A stretch of DNA of 32,000 nucleotides, taken from the NCBI GenBank assembly GCA_964510585.1, contig CAZECW010000157.1, positions 1-32,000 on the forward strand, in the 5' to 3' direction. The first letter of the stretch is position 1. Each line of letters begins with the position of its first letter. The notes beneath the pieces are model-generated. The model was given only the letters and a program-made list of their open reading frames with translations, had not been told where the DNA came from and did no database searches. The position numbers were made by a program, and so were the translations under genes. Positions 26,550-32,000 of this stretch are shown here, one piece after another. Origin of the DNA: an uncultured archaeon. Its GTDB lineage: Archaea; Asgardarchaeota; Jordiarchaeia; Jordiarchaeales; Jordiarchaeaceae.

Positions 26550-26632
26550 AACAAACCCTCCAAACAATAAACACTTAATAAAAACAATTAAGACATAAAG
26601 TATTATAGTTATCCCCAAAAAGCGAGTTGAGT

Positions 26633-26638
26633 AAAAAA
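26633..26638 (-). terminator. Oligo-T (T6) terminator of the tRNA gene
   Basis: TTTTTT on the minus strand, 10 nt after discriminator C73. Confidence 0.6.
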
Positions 26639-26648
26639 GGTGATTGAG

Positions 26649-26846
26649 GGCCCAAGCCGGGATATTCATGAGACCAGCCAAAGGCTAATCCTCAAATTGA
26701 AATCCCGAACCTAGCCAAACTGGCTAAGGAACCCGGGTCAAGGGATGTCTATCACCCTGGAGACACATCCAACTTCGGTCCACAGTCCCCGAGGATAAAC
26801 CAGTGAGCCCAGCGTGTAGCCACGCTGCGACTACCCCACTTGGGCC
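26649..26846 (-). tRNA. tRNA-His: tRNA-His(GUG) with four introns. Exons 26846-26831, 26802-26780, 26746-26732, 26701-26696, 26662-26649.
   Basis: Spliced 74-mer: G GCCCAAG UG GGGU AGUGGUUUA UCCU C GGGGA CUGUGGA UCCCU UGAC CCGGG UUCAAUU CCCGG CUUGGGC C. Perfect 7-bp acceptor plus G-1:C73, perfect T stem, GUG anticodon. CCA is not encoded. Each junction sits in a BHB-type motif. Confidence 0.92.
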
Positions 26847-26880
26847 TCTTCTTACGCTGAGCTTGATATCACGCATGGGA

Positions 26881-26895
26881 ATATAAAATTTTTTC
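26881..26895 (-). promoter_or_regulatory. BRE/TATA promoter of the tRNA gene
   Basis: GAAAAAATTTTATAT on the minus strand. It predicts a start near 26858 and a ~12-nt leader before G-1. Confidence 0.65.
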
Positions 26896-27005
26896 GGATT
26901 TTATCGTTTCTATTTTAAAATTGTGAGAAGAAATTTGATTTATTTTTTAATTAGTTAGAAGGTAAGGGAGCTAAGTTTGTGATTTTGTTGTCGTACTTTT
27001 TGGGT

Positions 27006-27584
27006 TTAGGGTTTGTGCCAGGTGAACATGTAGTATTTTGGTTCCCCTGTAGGGGATACTGTTGCTACCACGAATTTTTTGCGGACGCTGGTTGCGAGAC
27101 GCCCCGCCCTTACTGTTTCTATGGGGCTGAGTTGTGTTCCTTTGGGGACGACTGATACTATGAGTGGGGCGTGGTCTATGCCGGGTCCGTGTTCGTAGAC
27201 GGAGAAGTCTGCTCCGAATTTGAGTCCGGGTCTGACTACGTATCCTTTTTCTCTGAGGTCTTTGTAGACTGCATATTTGGTTTTGAAGTCTATGTAGGTT
27301 TGTTCTGCTTTTTCCAATAGTTCTTCGGGAGTTATGGTGTGGTTGTCTTGGGCATCGGTGAGTGTAATTTTTTCTTTTTGGAGTAAGTATAGGGCTTCTA
27401 GTAAGGAGAGTTCGAGGGGGCGTGTGAATTGGGGTGATTTTGGTTTTCTTATTCCTAGGGGTTGTCCGTAGAAGCCTTCGGCGTAGAGTTGGGAGCCTTC
27501 CTCAGGATTCCATACTATTACTCTATTTCCAGAAATTAGTTCCGCTTTTTTTTTGGTTGGTGCTGTTTTTTCGGTTGCCTCCAC
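27006..27584 (-). CDS. endA: tRNA-intron splicing endonuclease, catalytic alpha subunit with crenarchaea-specific-loop-like insertion
   Basis: LSLLEALYL, VYKDLREKGY, GLKFGADFSVY, catalytic Y130/H138/K169. Loop GFYGQPLGIRKPKSPQFTRPL. Confidence 0.95.
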   Translation of the reverse strand: MEATEKTAPTKKKAELISGNRVIVWNPEEGSQLYAEGFYGQPLGIRKPKSPQFTRPLELSLLEALYLLQKEKITLTDAQDNHTITPEELLEKAEQTYIDFKTKYAVYKDLREKGYVVRPGLKFGADFSVYEHGPGIDHAPLIVSVVPKGTQLSPIETVRAGRLATSVRKKFVVATVSPTGEPKYYMFTWHKP

Positions 27585-27630
27585 TTGTTTTGTCCCCTTT
27601 TCAATTTTTGGTATCTTTTTCCTATTCTAT

Positions 27631-28281
27631 TTATCCTAGTCTTGCTACGGCGATTATGCGTACTGCGTTTGCGGCTTTTCCAGCAGTGTCTACAGCATCC
27701 TCCAAATTGCTCACTACGCTCAATAGGCGTATTAGGGTGCGGTTGTCTATGTCTAGTTCGAATAGGGTTTGTTCTATGGCTCGGTGTATTTGGTCCATGA
27801 ATCTTTCTACTTTGTCTACTTCCTCGGCGGCCTTTTTGGCTCGTTCTGCGTCTTCCACTATGGTGAATATGGAGTCTCGGAGTGTTTCAACGGAGTTTAT
27901 GGTGGTGTTTACTAGGTTTCTTAGGTCTTCTTTTAGGGCTTCTTTGGGTTTCCAGTTTTTGAGTCCTTTTAGTCTAAAGGCGGTTCCTTCAGCGTAGTCG
28001 GCGATTTCATCGGTTGTGAGTACTAGGCGCATTAGGTCTTCTCGCTGTATTAATGTTGCGGCGACGCTTAGCTCGTCTAGTAAGGCTAGTTTTATTTCTT
28101 CAGCTTCGTTTTCGGCTTGTGATATTTTTAGTATTATTTTTTCCATCTCGGCTTCGTTTCCCTCAAACCATGCTTCCAGGAAGGGTGCCAGCTCTTTTAC
28201 TGCAAATAATATTTTTCTTATGTGGTCCTGGATTATCTCTAGGACTATTCTCTCCTTGTTTTTGTTTAGGTCAATAGTCAT
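27631..28281 (-). CDS. DUF47 / PhoU-like phosphate transport regulator
   Basis: ENEAEEIK..REDLMRL...DEIADYAE and ERFMDQIHR..LEDAVD repeats. Confidence 0.85.
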   Translation of the reverse strand: MTIDLNKNKERIVLEIIQDHIRKILFAVKELAPFLEAWFEGNEAEMEKIILKISQAENEAEEIKLALLDELSVAATLIQREDLMRLVLTTDEIADYAEGTAFRLKGLKNWKPKEALKEDLRNLVNTTINSVETLRDSIFTIVEDAERAKKAAEEVDKVERFMDQIHRAIEQTLFELDIDNRTLIRLLSVVSNLEDAVDTAGKAANAVRIIAVARLG

Positions 28282-28538
28282 TGGTTTCCTTCCTCTTTCG
28301 TGGCTGTCTTATCTTTAAGCCGAATACATTTAAATAGATTCCTATCAGGGGAGAATTAAATTTGACGGTAAGTGTTTGGAATTGCAAGTGATGAAAAGCC
28401 GGGGGGAAATATTTCCAATTTTTGTGTTCTTTGCCATATGGGAGTTAAAGGTGTTTGGGTTTTTGTTATTAATTTTGCATATAGTAAGATTTATAGGTTT
28501 TCTCTAATAACTTTAGTTTTGTTTTGGAGGATTTCTAG

Positions 28539-29408
28539 ATGTATATGTTATTGTTACTTGCTACTTTATCTGTATTTGACGGTGTAAATGCGTTTTTTCA
28601 AGCTCTTTTTAATGGTATTATGTTGTGGATTTTTACATATGGTTCTGCTGGTTTATTTGCCGCAATGCTTTTACAAGCGGTGGCTGCTCCGATCCCTAGT
28701 GAGTTTATTTTGATGCTTGGTGGAGCCGCCTTCTCCCTCCAGTACTATGTAACTTTTTTTACTCCATTGATGGTATCGACTCCTGAGGCTTTTAATTTTT
28801 TCACATTAGTTCTCTTTGCGCCTTTGGTTTTTCCAATTTTTAATTTTGATTATGGAATCTTTTTGGCGGGTTTAGTGGGAGGTACCGGGGAAGTGGTGGG
28901 TGGTGTTATAGGTTTTTACATTGCAAGATTTGTCGGGAGGCCGGTTATTGAACGCTGGGAGAACAAAGCCATTGTTATGGAGAAAGAGGAGCATACATCT
29001 GATGGTGGGAGAATAAGGCGAACTTTTGATAAAATTGTTATTTATATTTTGGGAGACGCGGTTCTAATAGCTGACCAGTGGATTACGAGATACGGGTTTT
29101 GGGCCGTTCTCGTTACCAGATTAACTCCACTTATACCCTTTGACTTTATTTCTTATGGTGTAGGCCTAACCAAGGTGAAATTTAGGACTTTTATCATTCC
29201 CACGGTCATTGGAGGATACCCCCGGGCCTTTATGTACTGTTTTTTTGGAGCTAAACTCCTACTCTATCTCAACTATGCAACTTTTGGTAATCCCTATACC
29301 CTTTTCTTTATCATAGTGGCAATGGTAGTTGCACTTTTAGCCGTAATATACGAGTTTGTAATTAAGAGAAAATACTTAGCGCCCAGAGATGGAACAATAA
29401 AGAGATAG
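28539..29408 (+). CDS. DedA/TVP38 (VTT-domain) membrane protein
   Basis: APIPSEFIL, FYIARFVGR and RLTPLIPFDFISYGVGLTKVKF motifs; multiple TM segments. Confidence 0.86.
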   Translation: MYMLLLLATLSVFDGVNAFFQALFNGIMLWIFTYGSAGLFAAMLLQAVAAPIPSEFILMLGGAAFSLQYYVTFFTPLMVSTPEAFNFFTLVLFAPLVFPIFNFDYGIFLAGLVGGTGEVVGGVIGFYIARFVGRPVIERWENKAIVMEKEEHTSDGGRIRRTFDKIVIYILGDAVLIADQWITRYGFWAVLVTRLTPLIPFDFISYGVGLTKVKFRTFIIPTVIGGYPRAFMYCFFGAKLLLYLNYATFGNPYTLFFIIVAMVVALLAVIYEFVIKRKYLAPRDGTIKR

Positions 29409-29428
29409 ATTCTACAGTTAACCAGGAC

Positions 29429-30424
29429 TTAGAGCAGTTTAATACGGCTACCCACATTATTCTTTTTTGCCAGCTGATAGACAACATTGGCGGCTGCTAT
29501 GTCTTGAACCGCCATTCCTGTGGAGTCGAATAGTGTAATCTCTGTCTCGGTTTCTCTGCCCACATTCTTTCCAATTAAAATGTCTCCGATTTCTGCGTGC
29601 ACATCGTCTTCTTTAATTATGCCTTGTGCAAGAGCGTGTTGAATTTCTCCAATCACGCGGCACTGTTTGAAACTGTCCACCACAATTTTTGCTCTTTTCA
29701 TAATTTTAGGGTCTAACTCTTGTTTTCCGGGAGCGTCTGCCCCAATTGCATTGATGTGTACGCCGTCTGGAATCCATTCATCCATAATAAGGGCTTTATT
29801 GGAGGGAGTGGCTGTTACAATTATGTCTACGTCACTCACGGCTTCTTTTGGGGTGTTTACTGGTTTAACCTCGATACCTAGGCGTTCACTCATTTCAGCG
29901 GCATATTTCTCGCTGCTAGTACTGTGGATATTGTACACTTTTACTTGTTTGAGGGGAAAGATTTCGCTTAGCGCTAATACCTGCATCCTTGCTTGTGTAC
30001 CTGCACCTATCACCCCTACCCTCTTGGAGTCTTTTCTGGCAAGAACACTCGCAGCCACCGCTCCCGCCGCGCCAGTTCGCACCGCTGTTAGATAGGTTCC
30101 ATCCATAATTGCAAGTGGTAGGCTAGTCTTAAGATCCATAAGGACGATTACCGCTACTCCAGACGGCAATCCCATTTTGGGATTGTCATAGTACCCAGAC
30201 GCTATTTTTGTCCCTATAAGTCCGAGGTCCTCTACGTACCCTGATTTTACGTCCACCTCACCTCTGTATTTTTCCACGCTTAAGTGTACTACGGGAGCCA
30301 GTTCAACTCGTCCCTTGGCAAAAGCCTTGTATGCTTCTGCCACCGCCTTGATGGCCTCACTCATTGGAAGACAAGATTTGACTTCTTCCTGTGAAAGAAT
30401 TATTACCTCAGACATTTTACTCAC
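29429..30424 (-). CDS. Ornithine cyclodeaminase/mu-crystallin family, likely archaeal alanine dehydrogenase
   Basis: LTAVRTGAAG, VGVIGAGTQA, HINAIGADAPGKQELD, FDSTGMAVQD. Confidence 0.9.
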   Translation of the reverse strand: MSKMSEVIILSQEEVKSCLPMSEAIKAVAEAYKAFAKGRVELAPVVHLSVEKYRGEVDVKSGYVEDLGLIGTKIASGYYDNPKMGLPSGVAVIVLMDLKTSLPLAIMDGTYLTAVRTGAAGAVAASVLARKDSKRVGVIGAGTQARMQVLALSEIFPLKQVKVYNIHSTSSEKYAAEMSERLGIEVKPVNTPKEAVSDVDIIVTATPSNKALIMDEWIPDGVHINAIGADAPGKQELDPKIMKRAKIVVDSFKQCRVIGEIQHALAQGIIKEDDVHAEIGDILIGKNVGRETETEITLFDSTGMAVQDIAAANVVYQLAKKNNVGSRIKLL

Positions 30425-30589
30425 GTGACAACTTCTTCTTTAGGAAAAACATAAACAAATAACAGGATTAACCCATAAAAATTTATATTGTATCTGCTAT
30501 CAGAAACTAGTGTTCTCAAGTAATGGTAGAACCATGTTTCAGCAGAGTAATAAAATTTGCCAAGGTAAGCTGAATATTTCATTATTGGG

Positions 30590-31735
30590 GTGAATAGCAT
30601 GGCAATAAAGGAGATATTGGGTGATTTTCCGATTATTGAGAAGGTTAATTACTTGAATAGTGCAAGTATTGGATTGGTTCCCGAGACTGTTATCGAGAGA
30701 ACCAAGGAGTTTTTTGTGGATTTAACTAGGGGTGGCACATTAACTTTGGATGAGGAGAAGGAAGCGCTGGTTTATGATGGTCTCAGACAGGAGGGAGCAA
30801 AACTTTTGGGGTGTGACCCAGACGACATAGCTATTTTTAACAGTGTTTCTGAAGCTATGAATTCTATTGCGTTGAGTTTAGATTTGAGGGAGGGCCGGGT
30901 GGTATCCACAGGAATCGAGTTTCCAAGTGTTACCTATCCTTGGCTGAGAATTGCTCGAAAAGGGAAAATTGAGGTTAAGCTAGTTGAGGCTAAAAACTGG
31001 AGTATTTCAGTTGATGATTTGCTCAGTGAAATCAGTGAGGAAACAAGAGTTGTTGCTTTGAGTCATGTGGAATACTTAAATGGCCAAAAATGGGATGTCA
31101 AGAAAATTGCTAAGCAGGCCCACAAGGTGGGGGCTATACTGGTTGTGGATGGGATACAAGCTGCGGGCTACCTACCTCTGAATGTTAGGGAAATAGCCGC
31201 CGATGTTTATATTACTGGAAGCTATAAATGGCTTATAGCTCCTTTCGGAACCGCTATAGCATACATTTCAAAAAAATTGTGTGATGAGTTGGAACCTGCC
31301 CTTGTGGGTTGGAGATCAACAGAGGATATGTGGAATTTTAATGCCCGAGAGTTAACATTTGCGGCTAAAGCTAGGAAATTTGAATACAGCACGAGTGCAT
31401 ATGATGCGAAGCTTGGGCTTGTGGAATCAATAAAATATCTAAGAAAAGTGGGGATAGGAAAAATATATGAACATAACATGGCGTTAAATAAGATTCTGAG
31501 CCAAGAACTGGATTCGATAAAAGGCGTTAACATAATAACGCCTCAAGATAGGGGTTCCATAGTTACATTCTACATTGAGGGTAAGGATAGCAAAAATGTC
31601 GCTGAAAAGTTACGTAAATTAAAGAGACCTGTGGAATTAAGTATAAGGTTGAACATGATTAGATTGTCTCCTCACCTATACAATACAGAAGAGGATATTC
31701 TTCAGTTTTTAGAGAGCTTAAAAAAGGCCGTTTAA
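30590..31735 (+). CDS. Class V PLP-dependent aminotransferase/lyase
   Basis: YLNSASIG, EFPS, DGIQAAG, GSYKWL (PLP lysine), IRLSPHLYN. Confidence 0.9.
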   Translation: MNSMAIKEILGDFPIIEKVNYLNSASIGLVPETVIERTKEFFVDLTRGGTLTLDEEKEALVYDGLRQEGAKLLGCDPDDIAIFNSVSEAMNSIALSLDLREGRVVSTGIEFPSVTYPWLRIARKGKIEVKLVEAKNWSISVDDLLSEISEETRVVALSHVEYLNGQKWDVKKIAKQAHKVGAILVVDGIQAAGYLPLNVREIAADVYITGSYKWLIAPFGTAIAYISKKLCDELEPALVGWRSTEDMWNFNARELTFAAKARKFEYSTSAYDAKLGLVESIKYLRKVGIGKIYEHNMALNKILSQELDSIKGVNIITPQDRGSIVTFYIEGKDSKNVAEKLRKLKRPVELSIRLNMIRLSPHLYNTEEDILQFLESLKKAV

Positions 31736-31768
31736 AAATAAGCCACCCAAAAATTGTGTGAGGGAAAG

Positions 31769-32000
31769 TTATTTAATTTCCATAATTTTTTTCCTGAAAT
31801 CATCCAAATCTACTTCGTATATTGTCCGGCTCTTAAGTGTGATAATATTTTTTTCTATCCCTATGTATCCATTTTCTTCCAAGATTTTGAGGTTTCTTCG
31901 AAGTTGTTCTTCACCCATTTTTTCCTTGAGAAAGTTTAGCTCTTCCCTCTCTATCGGAGCTCCTTTTTCAAGAATCAAGGCCAGAATCACTGCCAGTGTA
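31769..32000 (-). CDS. 3' end of a gene entering from beyond the window; C-terminal winged-helix-like
   Basis: Frame is open upstream of track start 31990 to the window edge. EEQLRRNLKILEENGYI is a wH-like pattern. Confidence 0.58.
   Translation of the reverse strand, partial: TLAVILALILEKGAPIEREELNFLKEKMGEEQLRRNLKILEENGYIGIEKNIITLKSRTIYEVDLDDFRKKIMEIK

Noticed and set aside
26550-26681. N-terminal membrane-like extension of track ORF 26253-26681
   Set aside because: It overlaps the tRNA 3' exons and terminator, and a better SD plus start lies at 26549.
26803-26830. D-loop intron placed at 16/17 or 17/17a, or an unspliced extended D-arm
   Set aside because: Of the registers I tested that give a plausible D-loop, only 15/16 has a fully paired 4-bp central helix with two 3-nt bulges.
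26640-26860. SRP RNA or minimal RNase P RNA as the identity of the structured region
   Set aside because: No helix-8 CAGG/GGAA/AGCAG motif and no GAGGAAxGUCC. The CCCGGCUU resemblance is explained by the tRNA T stem and acceptor.
30590-31735. Cysteine desulfurase (IscS/SufS) call
   Set aside because: The catalytic Cys loop is absent.
1-32000. CRISPR array, rRNA, prophage or defence-system genes
   Set aside because: No regularly spaced repeats other than the coding 108-bp period, and no signature proteins recognised.

Overview
Archaeal chromosomal window, probably Asgard-like. The lineage call is inferred from a Roadblock/LC7 protein, a C4HC3 RING-type protein, a giant alpha-solenoid, a crenarchaeal-loop tRNA splicing endonuclease and a divergent Cdc6. 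About 22 real protein genes, mostly housekeeping: PhoU-AbrB regulator, archaeal SAM synthetase, flavin oxidoreductase, folP, cofE-like ligase, PAC2, DUF47, DedA, OCD/AlaDH and a class V PLP enzyme. The main result is hidden between ORFs. At 26649-26846 (minus) the sequence folds into a complete tRNA-His(GUG) with encoded G-1:C73 once four introns (positions 15/16, 37/38, 53/54, 59/60) are removed. Each intron has a bulge-helix-bulge-type splice motif, one exon is only 6 nt, and the gene lies just downstream of the splicing endonuclease catalytic subunit. Other highlights: a 2870-aa protein of about 75 tandem 36-aa HEAT-like repeats; a FolP with a pteroate-reductase-like domain at the C-terminus, divergent from a CofE-family ligase (possible compact alternative folate module); an unannotated 49-aa 8-Cys protein next to the RING gene; a decayed IS6 with intact ends and a 9-bp target duplication; and sharp local AC-to-GT strand-skew switches independent of gene orientation. 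All calls are from manual reading; no searches were run.
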